A stretch of DNA of 64,000 nt from an uncultured candidatus Brocadiaceae bacterium (GCA_964510315.1 CAZEAP010000014.1:25242-89241), one strand, 5' to 3'. Positions 38,585-48,545 are shown, numbered from the stretch's first letter. Numbers and translations are program-made. Notes: a model not told the origin generated them from the letters alone.

Positions 38585-41500
38585 GGTTCCCCCGCACACG
38601 CGGGGATAGTCCCGAGAGAAGCTGCGCGACGAGCGAAAGGCGCGCGGTTCCCCCGCACACGCGGGGATAGTCCCAAAATCAAACCCGGTTGCCAGCCCGG
38701 TGAGTAGGTTCCCCCGCACACGCGGGGATAGTCCTTGCGCCGGGTCGGCCGGAAGGCTCCGGGGGGGGGTTCCCCCGCACACGCGGGGATAGTCCCAAGG
38801 CTGGGAATACCGGCGGGGCTCAGGAGCTGGTTCCCCCGCACACGCGGGGATAGTCCTTGGGGGAAGAGGCAGCACTGCCGGTACGTAGTGGTTCCCCCGC
38901 ACACGCGGGGATAGTCCGCGATGGAGAAACCTGGACCAGCGGGGCACCGCGGTTCCCCCGCACACGCGGGGATAGTCCGCGACTGAAGGCCGTGACGCAG
39001 GAAATGCCCCCGGTTCCCCCGCACACGCGGGGATAGTCCGCGGATTGGGAATCGGCGGGATACAAAACGGGGGGTTCCCCCGCACACGCGGGGATAGTCC
39101 CGAGGCGGGGCAGTGGGCGCTGGCGGCGATGAAGGTTCCCCCGCACACGCGGGGATAGTCCGTAGCCGCTCATCTCAACTCCTCGCTCTGGCGAGGTTCC
39201 CCCGCACACGCGGGGATAGTCCCGGCGGTGCACGGGCCTGACACGCGGCGTGCAGGGTTCCCCCGCACACGCGGGGATAGTCCGCGGGTGTGGACGGCAA
39301 TCAAGGACCTGGCGAGGGTTCCCCCGCACACGCGGGGATAGTCCCCAACGTGCGATCGAGCTGACCCTGACTGGCCTGGTTCCCCCGCACACGCGGGGAT
39401 AGTCCTTTTGTTGGAGGAACAAAAGGCTCTGAGGGAGTGGTTCCCCCGCACACGCGGGGATAGTCCCCCGAGACTTTAACTGCATACGTGCATCCTATTG
39501 GTTCCCCCGCACACGCGGGGATAGTCCGTGACAGTACCATCGCCGACCAGAACGCCGACGGGTTCCCCCGCACACGCGGGGATAGTCCCTTACTGCTGTT
39601 GAAATGCCGACCGCTTCTCGTGGTTCCCCCGCACACGCGGGGATAGTCCTTGCGAGCCTTGCTGTTCGGCAGGCCCTCGACGGGTTCCCCCGCACACGCG
39701 GGGATAGTCCCGCTGGCATGTACTGGCCCGGGGGAGGAGCCCAGGTTCCCCCGCACACGCGGGGATAGTCCGATGGTCCAACGCAAACGCTTTGCGTTGT
39801 CCTTGGTTCCCCCGCACACGCGGGGATAGTCCATTGGTACGGGGGCTCCGGTCAGCGCGGTATCGGGTTCCCCCGCACACGCGGGGATAGTCCTTCTCAT
39901 CTTCTTTGGACTCCTTTTGGGGAAAAGGTTCCCCCGCACACGCGGGGATAGTCCCGGTCTTTTCATCTACGCAATCGAAGTAGATGAGGTTCCCCCGCAC
40001 ACGCGGGGATAGTCCCTTCGGTTTCGTCTGTTGCGGGAACGTGCCCTTGGTTCCCCCGCACACGCGGGGATAGTCCCATCCGGCCTCCAAAGCTTGACAC
40101 TGCCCTACCGGTTCCCCCGCACACGCGGGGATAGTCCTTCTCATCCGCCTCCAACCCGTACACGAACAAAGGTTCCCCCGCACACGCGGGGATAGTCCGT
40201 CCTTTGTGGGCAAGGGGTTATGACGTGCAATGGTTCCCCCGCACACGCGGGGATAGTCCCCAGCTTTTCCCCAAAAGGAGTCCAAAGAAGATGGTTCCCC
40301 CGCACACGCGGGGATAGTCCCCTTGCGGAATCGACAGATAGCGAGCCCAACCAGGTTCCCCCGCACACGCGGGGATAGTCCCCTTCCGAACCTACTGCGT
40401 GAAAACTGGACAGAGGTTCCCCCGCACACGCGGGGATAGTCCCACCCCCTCGATCTTCGCGGCCGCCCACTCGAAGGTTCCCCCGCACACGCGGGGATAG
40501 TCCCGGGAGACAGACTGATGGCACTGACGGCAGCGAGGTTCCCCCGCACACGCGGGGATAGTCCCGTAGACCTCTCCAGTCCAGTCCAGCATCGCCGGGT
40601 TCCCCCGCACACGCGGGGATAGTCCATCCGGAGCTTGGTCAATCTGTTTCGGATCTAAGGTTCCCCCGCACACGCGGGGATAGTCCCCAGCTCCCAGCAC
40701 GTTGCGCACAGCCGGGCTCGGTTCCCCCGCACACGCGGGGATAGTCCCCTACTCTTACGGGAGGACGCCGATGGCCGATGGGTTCCCCCGCACACGCGGG
40801 GATAGTCCCCGGGCGAAGCTCGTGCCGAAGATACCGGGGTCGGTTCCCCCGCACACGCGGGGATAGTCCCTCGCCGGCCTCCAGGTCCGTCGTGGGGCAC
40901 TCGGTTCCCCCGCACACGCGGGGATAGTCCGCCTTATTACCTGAAGCGCGATTTACGCGAGGCGGTTCCCCCGCACACGCGGGGATAGTCCGAGATAGCG
41001 GATTACTTCCGTGGCGGTTGTCTGGGTTCCCCCGCACACGCGGGGATAGTCCCTATCCGCCCGCATAGCCCTTGTGCTAACCCTGGGTTCCCCCGCACAC
41101 GCGGGGATAGTCCTCGCAAAAGATCAAGGCCCCGGGTTCCAAGCAAGGTTCCCCCGCACACGCGGGGATAGTCCTCACGAAGACGGACGTTGAGAGGGCC
41201 CTTAAAGGGTTCCCCCGCACACGCGGGGATAGTCCCTCAGCCATTTGACCCCCCCATATGGATAACTGGGTTCCCCCGCACACGCGGGGATAGTCCCGTA
41301 GCCTTCGAGTAGGCAATGCCGTCGGCGTTGGTTCCCCCGCACACGCGGGGATAGTCCTTCTCCCCCTCCCGGGCGCTGCCGGAGGCACCGGGTTCCCCCG
41401 CACACGCGGGGATAGTCCCCTTGTATAGGTCAACGTACGGAGCCGTTTTCTGGTTCCCCCGCACACGCGGGGATAGTCCGCCGTTGACCGGGCACGTGGC

Positions 41501-44500
41501 GAGGTCGCGGTGGGTTCCCCCGCACACGCGGGGATAGTCCCGGCCAGCCCCGTAATCGTCGTTCCGGTATGCGGGTTCCCCCGCACACGCGGGGATAGTC
41601 CGGTGCGCACGCGCGTGATGCGGCGCGACCTGCGGGTTCCCCCGCACACGCGGGGATAGTCCCACGCCGAGGGTGCCCAGCACCTCCGTCAGGCTGGTTC
41701 CCCCGCACACGCGGGGATAGTCCCGCATCGGCGTCCGTGGGGTCCGTCATGCTGATGGTTCCCCCGCACACGCGGGGATAGTCCGCGCAGGTCCTCCGGC
41801 CGGGCGCCACCCTCGAGGGTTCCCCCGCACACGCGGGGATAGTCCGCGGGTGGACGTGACACCCCGCTACCTCAGCGAGGTTCCCCCGCACACGCGGGGA
41901 TAGTCCCGACGGCCCGGAGTGGGTGATCGAGATCGAGGAGGTTCCCCCGCACACGCGGGGATAGTCCGCGCACGATCGCCCCCCTGCCGGAGGGCATGAC
42001 GGTTCCCCCGCACACGCGGGGATAGTCCGTGTACGACCGCCGGCAGCCGCGGGTCATCGGGGGTTCCCCCGCACACGCGGGGATAGTCCCCTCTACATGA
42101 TATGCACGGTTGCGCATGTCCTGGTTCCCCCGCACACGCGGGGATAGTCCCGGTACTCCCGTCTACGGCATCCCCCTCTCTGCGGTTCCCCCGCACACGC
42201 GGGGATAGTCCTCGCTCCTACACCGGCAACGTCCGGGGACTCGCGGTTCCCCCGCACACGCGGGGATAGTCCCGACGGCATCGAGGGTATCCTTGCCGAG
42301 GTCGTGGTTCCCCCGCACACGCGGGGATAGTCCACTCGCTCGCGGGGTCCGGCGGGGTCTGACCCGGGTTCCCCCGCACACGCGGGGATAGTCCCAGCGT
42401 GTGGCCGGAGCGCTTCCCGGCCGGGGAGGTTCCCCCGCACACGCGGGGATAGTCCGCCTTATTACCTGAAGCGCGATTTACGCGAGGCGGTTCCCCCGCA
42501 CACGCGGGGATAGTCCGAGATAGCGGATTACTTCCGTGGCGGTTGTCTGGGTTCCCCCGCACACGCGGGGATAGTCCCTATCCGCCCGCATAGCCCTTGT
42601 GCTAACCCTGGGTTCCCCCGCACACGCGGGGATAGTCCTCGCAAAAGATCAAGGCCCCGGGTTCCAAGCAAGGTTCCCCCGCACACGCGGGGATAGTCCT
42701 CACGAAGACGGACGTTGAGAGGGCCCTTAAAGGGTTCCCCCGCACACGCGGGGATAGTCCCTCAGCCATTTGACCCCCCCATATGGATAACTGGGTTCCC
42801 CCGCACACGCGGGGATAGTCCCGTAGCCTTCGAGTAGGCAATGCCGTCGGCGTTGGTTCCCCCGCACACGCGGGGATAGTCCTTCTCCCCCTCCCGGGCG
42901 CTGCCGGAGGCACCGGGTTCCCCCGCACACGCGGGGATAGTCCCCTTGTATAGGTCAACGTACGGAGCCGTTTTCTGGTTCCCCCGCACACGCGGGGATA
43001 GTCCTTGGGGGGGTTAGTCGTCGTCCTGGAGTACTGCGGTTCCCCCGCACACGCGGGGATAGTCCCTTCGGTTTCGTCTACGGGAACATGCTGGCCTTGG
43101 TTCCCCCGCACACGCGGGGATAGTCCGATGCTCCAGCGAAGGCGCTTCTGATTCTGCTTGGTTCCCCCGCACACGCGGGGATAGTCCGTCAGGCCCTTAT
43201 TGGCTTGGCTACCGATATTCGGTTCCCCCGCACACGCGGGGATAGTCCCGTAGGGGACGTACACCGCTCCAGATCTGGCCTGGTTCCCCCGCACACGCGG
43301 GGATAGTCCGTAACGGCAGAGGAGCCCAGGGGAAAGAAATCCGGTTCCCCCGCACACGCGGGGATAGTCCCCTGGGCGGGGCAGTCGACGCATCCGCACT
43401 GGAGGTTCCCCCGCACACGCGGGGATAGTCCGTAGCCGCTCATCTCAGCTCCTCGCCCGGGCGAGGTTCCCCCGCACACGCGGGGATAGTCCCTGCTCGC
43501 ACGGGGAGGCAGCGCATACGCTAAAGGTTCCCCCGCACACGCGGGGATAGTCCTAGGGGAACCGGGAGGCAAAGTTCTGGTTCTGGGGTTCCCCCGCACA
43601 CGCGGGGATAGTCCGGTAACAGAACAATAAGGCAGTGAATGAAGGAGGGTTCCCCCGCACACGCGGGGATAGTCCGTGCCCCGGTGCCAGAGGAGCCGGC
43701 GGCGCTATGGTTCCCCCGCACACGCGGGGATAGTCCTCCCGTTTGGATGAACAGCCTTCCCATTCCACAGGTTCCCCCGCACACGCGGGGATAGTCCTCT
43801 ACAGGTTTCTGGACATCCCTCTTACATAGCGGTTCCCCCGCACACGCGGGGATAGTCCCCATCCCTTCTTCGTCTGCATGAAGAAGGAGCTGGTTCCCCC
43901 GCACACGCGGGGATAGTCCCGTGGTTCTTTACACGGAAGTTGTCAGCCTTGAGGTTCCCCCGCACACGCGGGGATAGTCCCCTGATGGCAAAGAACCGTG
44001 AAACCGGACGGGCGGTTCCCCCGCACACGCGGGGATAGTCCCGGTGATGAGGAGTTCATCCCTCTGGCGAATGAGGTTCCCCCGCACACGCGGGGATAGT
44101 CCCGCCGCCGGAGCCGATCCCGTACTCGACAGGCTGGTTCCCCCGCACACGCGGGGATAGTCCCTCAACCTGCACGATCTCATGGCACCAGTCAAGGGTT
44201 CCCCCGCACACGCGGGGATAGTCCTTCTAAAACGTGGCATCCTGCGGTATCTGAGGTGGTTCCCCCGCACACGCGGGGATAGTCCTCCGGCTCAGAGCAG
44301 TTGCTGCCTGCCGCGGAAGGTTCCCCCGCACACGCGGGGATAGTCCTTTGCTATAGCAAACGGTGTGCCAACGTGCCGCGGTTCCCCCGCACACGCGGGG
44401 ATAGTCCCCGCCACCGCCCGCCCTCGAACGCCGGCTGGAGGGTTCCCCCGCACACGCGGGGATAGTCCGCCGTTCCAGGCGGACTGGATCGACGCGAGCC

Positions 44501-44652
44501 GGGTTCCCCCGCACACGCGGGGATAGTCCCGAGCGGGGGCAGTGGGCGCTGGCGGCGATGAAGGTTCCCCCGCACACGCGGGGATAGTCCCGGCCTCACC
44601 AGGCCGCGGAGCAGCGACTGGCGGGTTCCCCCGCACACGCGGGGATAGTCCT
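38585..44652 (+). CRISPR. Type I-E CRISPR array: 100 repeats of 29 bp (GGTTCCCCCGCACACGCGGGGATAGTCCN) with 99 spacers of 32 nt
   Basis: Strict 61-bp periodicity from 38585; the 100th repeat sits at exactly 44624. Repeat hairpin CCCCGC-ACAC-GCGGGG plus an 8-nt 3' handle ATAGTCCN whose last base varies (C/T/G/A). Leader-proximal to cas2, same strand as the cas genes. Confidence 0.95.
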
Positions 44653-44696
44653 TTTGTGTCCCCATTTCCCAAAACAGGCGAAAGGAGAAAGGAAAG

Positions 44697-44876
44697 ATGT
44701 TTAGAAAGCTCAGCCGGTGGTGGTATACAACCGGCCGGAGAATAAGGAAAGGCCGCGCCTTGTGGCACTTAGCCACAGGGCGCCCGGGGCCTTTTGTGTA
44801 TAGGCTCCTGTACAAGGCTTCGTTCCGGATCATCGCACCGGTGATCCGGGGCCTAATCAATCTGTTTCGGGTCTAA
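44697..44876 (+). CDS. small basic protein (59 aa) encoded inside the CRISPR locus between the main array and the terminal mini-array
   Basis: AAAGGAGAAAGGAAAG-ATG strong RBS. MFRKLSRWWYTTGRRIRKGRALWHLATGRPGPFVYRLLYKASFRIIAPVIRGLINLFRV. Lower GC and rare codons (AGA, AGG, ATA, TTA, CTA). Coding frame supported by silent/conservative differences to a matching spacer. Confidence 0.55.
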   Translation: MFRKLSRWWYTTGRRIRKGRALWHLATGRPGPFVYRLLYKASFRIIAPVIRGLINLFRV

Positions 44877-44909
44877 TTGTGCGTGGGTTCCCCGCCAGGC
44901 GGTCGTGCC

Positions 44910-44999
44910 GGTTCCCCAGCACACGCGGGGATAGTCCGTGGGCGAAGGGCTTGAGACGCGTGAGCCTGTCGGTTCCCCCGCACACGCGGGGATAGTCCC
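44910..44999 (+). CRISPR. terminal mini-array: degenerate repeat (C9A, stem-disrupting) - 32-nt spacer - perfect repeat, preceded by a 24-nt repeat-like fragment (44886-44909)
   Basis: GGTTCCCCAGCACACGCGGGGATAGTCCG / TGGGCGAAGGGCTTGAGACGCGTGAGCCTGTC / GGTTCCCCCGCACACGCGGGGATAGTCCC. Separated from the main array by 257 bp of non-repeat DNA. Confidence 0.8.
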
Positions 45000-45148
45000 G
45001 GTCTCCAGCAGGACGCGCACCGTTGCGACGCGTCCGCGGATGGCGGTACGGTGCAGAGGCGTGTGGGCTTCGTCGTTCTGGATGTGGGGTGCGGGGTGGC
45101 GGAAGGGGGTTGATTCGGGGGGCGGGTTGGGGGAGAATCTACACTGAG

Positions 45149-46510
45149 ATGATCCAGGACGAACGGGTACAGGCGCTGAACGACGGGGAGGTGGCCGGGG
45201 GCAGTTACGTGGTGTACTGGATGCAGCAGGCCGCCCGCGCCGACTGCAACCACGCCCTGGAGTACGCCGTCCGCAGGGCCAACGAACTGCAGCTCCCTGT
45301 TGTGGCGGCTTTCGGGATCACCCAGAGGTTCCCGGGCGCCAACGAGCGGCATTACGCCTTCATGCTGGAGGGGCTCGCTGAAACACGCTCCCGGCTGGCG
45401 GAGCGGGGCATTGGGCTGGTGGTGCGCCTCAGCCCTCCGGTGGAGCTGATCCTGGGGCTGGCCGGGGAGGCGGCGCTGGTGGTGACCGACCGGGGCTACC
45501 TGAAGATTCAGCGCAACTGGCGACGCCGCGCGGCCCAACGGGCCGCCTGCCGGGTGGAGCAGGTCGAGACCGACGTGGTGGTGCCGGTGGAGACGGCCTC
45601 CGATGAGGAACAGTGGGCCGCCCGCACGCTGCGTCCCCGCATCCACGAGCATCTGGACAGGTTCCTGGCGCCCCTGGAGGAGACCTCCCTGGAGAGGGAC
45701 TCGGTGGGGTTGGTGGAAGAGGGCCTGGAGCTGGACGACGTGGAGGGTCTGCTGGAGGAGATGCGGGTCAGCCGCAGCGCCGGGCCGGTCTCCGCGTTCC
45801 GGGGGGGCGCTTCGCGGGCGGAGCGGTTGCTGGAGGAGTTCTGCGCGGACCGGCTGCCCGGCTACGCCGAGAGCGCGGGCGACCCCAACGCGGAGTGCGT
45901 CAGCCACATGAGCCCTTACCTGCACTTCGGGCAGATTTCCCCTCTCCGCATTGCCCTGCGGGTCTCGGCGGAGGAGGGAGCCGGGCGGAAGAACATCGAC
46001 GCCTACCTCAAGGAGCTGATCGTGCGGAGGGAGTTGAGCATGAACTTCTGCCTTTACAACGGGCGCTACGACTCCTTCGCGTGCCTGCCGGAATGGGCGA
46101 GGCAGACGCTGCGGCAGCATGCCGGCGACGAGCGGCCCTACCTCTACAGCCGGGAGGAGCTGGCGAAGGCCGGGACGCACGATCCCTACTGGAATGCCGC
46201 CCAGCGGCGCATGATGCAGACGGGGAAGATGCACAACCGCATGCGGATGTACTGGGGGAAGAAGATATTGGAATGGACGGCGGACCCCGAAGAGGCCTTC
46301 CGCACGGCGCTGGAGCTGAACAACCGCTACGAGCTGGACGGACGCGACCCGAACAGCTACGCCGGAGTGGCCTGGTGTTTCGGCAAGCACGACCAGGGGT
46401 GGGCCGAACGGGATGTGTTCGGGAAGGTGCGCTACATGAACGCGGCCGGCCTGGAGAGGAAGTTCGACGCGGAGACGTACGTCCGGGAGACACCCGGAGC
46501 GGGGGGATAG
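45149..46510 (+). CDS. phr: class II CPD deoxyribodipyrimidine photolyase
   Basis: N-terminal YVVYWMQQAARADCNHALEYA (class II signature) and C-terminal FAD-binding block WNAAQRRMMQTGKMHNRMRMYWGKKILEW. ATG at 45149. Confidence 0.85.
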   Translation: MIQDERVQALNDGEVAGGSYVVYWMQQAARADCNHALEYAVRRANELQLPVVAAFGITQRFPGANERHYAFMLEGLAETRSRLAERGIGLVVRLSPPVELILGLAGEAALVVTDRGYLKIQRNWRRRAAQRAACRVEQVETDVVVPVETASDEEQWAARTLRPRIHEHLDRFLAPLEETSLERDSVGLVEEGLELDDVEGLLEEMRVSRSAGPVSAFRGGASRAERLLEEFCADRLPGYAESAGDPNAECVSHMSPYLHFGQISPLRIALRVSAEEGAGRKNIDAYLKELIVRRELSMNFCLYNGRYDSFACLPEWARQTLRQHAGDERPYLYSREELAKAGTHDPYWNAAQRRMMQTGKMHNRMRMYWGKKILEWTADPEEAFRTALELNNRYELDGRDPNSYAGVAWCFGKHDQGWAERDVFGKVRYMNAAGLERKFDAETYVRETPGAGG

Positions 46511-46649
46511 GGCTGGGAGGGGCGCCGGCCTGGCGGGCTACGACCTCTGCCTCTGCGCCGCACCGAATGGGCGGGCACAAAAAAAGGGCGCCGCCGTTTC
46601 CCTCCACACGGCGGCGCCTCGCATTGGCTTTTGAGCGATCAGCGGTGCG

Positions 46650-46853
46650 TCAGGCTCTTACCACGTTAGCAGCACGCAGGCCCTTGGGGCCCTTCTCCAC
46701 GTCGAACTCCACAACGTCGTCCTCGGACAGTGACTTGTAGCCACTTCCCTGAATCGAGCTGTGGTGCACGAACACGTCCTCGCCGCCTTCGTCCGGCGTG
46801 ATGAATCCGAAGCCCTTTTGGTCGCTAAACCATTTCACTTTGCCTTTCGTCAT
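46650..46853 (-). CDS. cspA: cold-shock protein (CspA family)
   Basis: [34 protein letters not shown] - RNP1/RNP2 motifs. Confidence 0.9.
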   Translation of the reverse strand: MTKGKVKWFSDQKGFGFITPDEGGEDVFVHHSSIQGSGYKSLSEDDVVEFDVEKGPKGLRAANVVRA

Positions 46854-47112
46854 CTACGTTACCTCACAGATACAATGTTCTGCCACGAGCGAACGCGCGT
46901 CGTTGCCCGTACTGCGCTCGTGGTCATGAAAGCCGCCCCACCTTTGACGCTTGCTGATCGGTGAGCAGAGAGAGAGGGTTCGCTCGGGACTGCGGACGAG
47001 TGCTGGAAGCGGTGCGTTCGCCCCGGGAGGAGGGAATCCTCGGTGGGGAAGGCAAAGCCCACAGATCTCTTGCCACCCGAACCCGGGGCCGCAAACGGCC
47101 CGCGTCGGCTGA

Positions 47113-47332
47113 CTAACAGAGCCCTGGAACGTGACTCAAACTGCTCCACACGGCCCGAAAGCCATGCCGCCCACAGGGCGCGAAGGGAGCGCGTCCTTCA
47201 CTCGATCTTATACCACTACCGCCGGGGTAACACAAGTGCGGCGTCACTTCTCGGCCACGCGCCCACCCGACCGGCCTCGGCGTCCCTGAGCTTACGGATA
47301 ATCTGGCCCGGCGCATGCTTCTTCCCCTTCAT
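47113..47332 (-). mobile_element. degraded IS3-family (IS407-like) transposase orfA remnant
   Basis: MKGKKHAPGQIIRKLRDAEAG (HTH of IS3 OrfA; compare QIIGFLKEAEAG), then after a frameshift ...APCGRHGF... (compare ELCRKHGFS). No orfB and no terminal inverted repeats seen. Confidence 0.5.
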
Positions 47333-47426
47333 GGGAGCCTCCCTGGTCGAGAGTATACCTCCGAGACTCTCTCACAGCACCTGGACCATGTTCCGGGGAG
47401 CACACCACGGCTTACCGCGCGTGGGG

Positions 47427-48527
47427 TTACCTCTGGTAGACCGGCAACTGGCAGTTCTGCACGCTGAGCGCCAGCACGGCCATGGAGGTGGCGTAGATCG
47501 CGCCTCCGCCCCGGGTGCCGGGCCAGGAGCCGTCGTCTCGCTGGCGCTCGGGTATCTTCTGGTAGATGTAGGCGGCGAACTTCTCCCAGTATTCGCCCCC
47601 CAACTGATAGAGGCCCTGCGAGCAATAGTAGAGCCCGTAGGCGGGCCAGTCATGGCCTCTGACCGCGCGTTCGCGATGGTCCAGGATCCATTCAGCTGCG
47701 CCTCGGCTGAGTTCGCTGTCGTGCTTGCCGCCGAGTTCCAGGCAGAGCAGCGCCACGCCCGTGCGGGCGATACCGGGACCCCTGCCGGGCTGGTAGCAGA
47801 AGCCGCCGCTGGCGTGACGACACTTCTCTATGAACCCGAGGCCCTTCTCGACCGCCTTGCGGGGCACGGCCATCCCCTTGTTGCGGGCCGAACGCAGCGC
47901 CATGAAGGCCCAGCCGCTCATAGAGATGTCGCTGTCCTTGCTGTTGCGGTTGTAGCGCCATCCGCCCTTGAAGCGATCGCGCTTTTGGATGTTCTGGGCC
48001 TCCAGGATGATCTTCAACGCCTCAGGCAGTCGTTCGTCGATACGCCCCTGCAGTTCGGGCCCCACCATGCCGGACACCTCGCTGATCATCAGGGTGGAGA
48101 TACAGTGGCTGTACATGCCGCCGCGCTGCCGTCTGGGGCCGGCGAGCATCCCGTTCCTATCCTGGTTCAACACGTACTCAATGCCCTTCCTGACCACATC
48201 GCTGTAGGGGCCGGCGCCGGGGGTGTGGCCGTTGGCCAGGAAGGCCATGACGGCCAGGCCGGCGACGCCGCTGTTGCCGGGACGTTTTCCCGGCCAAGAG
48301 CCGTCCTCCCGCTGGTTCTTGGCCAGGTAAGCCAGCCCCCCCTCGATGGCCGTTTCCAGGCGGTCGCCGTATTCGTCCAGGGGATCCGTCTGCGCCTCCT
48401 CTTCCGGCTCCTTGCTCGGGGTTTCCCCGCCACCGGCCGCGGCAACGGCACCCGTCAGGAGCAGGCAGACCAGCAGCAGGGACACTGCGGACCGAAGCGT
48501 GCCTCCGGATAGCCTATCAGTAAACAT
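47427..48527 (-). CDS. secreted prenyltransferase/squalene-oxidase-repeat (terpenoid cyclase-like) protein
   Basis: Signal peptide, then repeated QxxDGSW/GGW motifs (NQREDGSWPG, KGGWRY, QRDDGSWPG) of the alpha/alpha-toroid terpene cyclase repeat family. Confidence 0.65.
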   Translation of the reverse strand: MFTDRLSGGTLRSAVSLLLVCLLLTGAVAAAGGGETPSKEPEEEAQTDPLDEYGDRLETAIEGGLAYLAKNQREDGSWPGKRPGNSGVAGLAVMAFLANGHTPGAGPYSDVVRKGIEYVLNQDRNGMLAGPRRQRGGMYSHCISTLMISEVSGMVGPELQGRIDERLPEALKIILEAQNIQKRDRFKGGWRYNRNSKDSDISMSGWAFMALRSARNKGMAVPRKAVEKGLGFIEKCRHASGGFCYQPGRGPGIARTGVALLCLELGGKHDSELSRGAAEWILDHRERAVRGHDWPAYGLYYCSQGLYQLGGEYWEKFAAYIYQKIPERQRDDGSWPGTRGGGAIYATSMAVLALSVQNCQLPVYQR

Positions 48528-48545
48528 GCCGGTCCTCTCAGGAAG

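Noticed and set aside
38239-44860. Dozens of minus- and plus-strand ORFs across the CRISPR array with recurring peptides (DYPRVCGGT, GLSPRVRGN, TIPACAGEP)
   Set aside because: They are translations of the 29-bp repeat in three frames. The 61-bp period is not a multiple of 3, so the frames rotate. Not genes.
44910-44941. Mini-array spacer 5' end (TGGGCGAAGGG) against the sequence at the RBS of the small ORF (CAGGCGAAAGG, about 44676-44687) as a CreA-like partial match
   Set aside because: Only 8/11 with mismatches at seed positions 1-2 (or requiring an indel). Too weak to claim; kept only as a hypothesis to test.
46980-47330. Possible structured ncRNA (I checked for RNase P-like or other motifs) in the long gap upstream of cspA
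   Set aside because: No RNase P consensus blocks found. The segment is better explained as the cspA 5'UTR plus a frameshifted IS3 orfA remnant.
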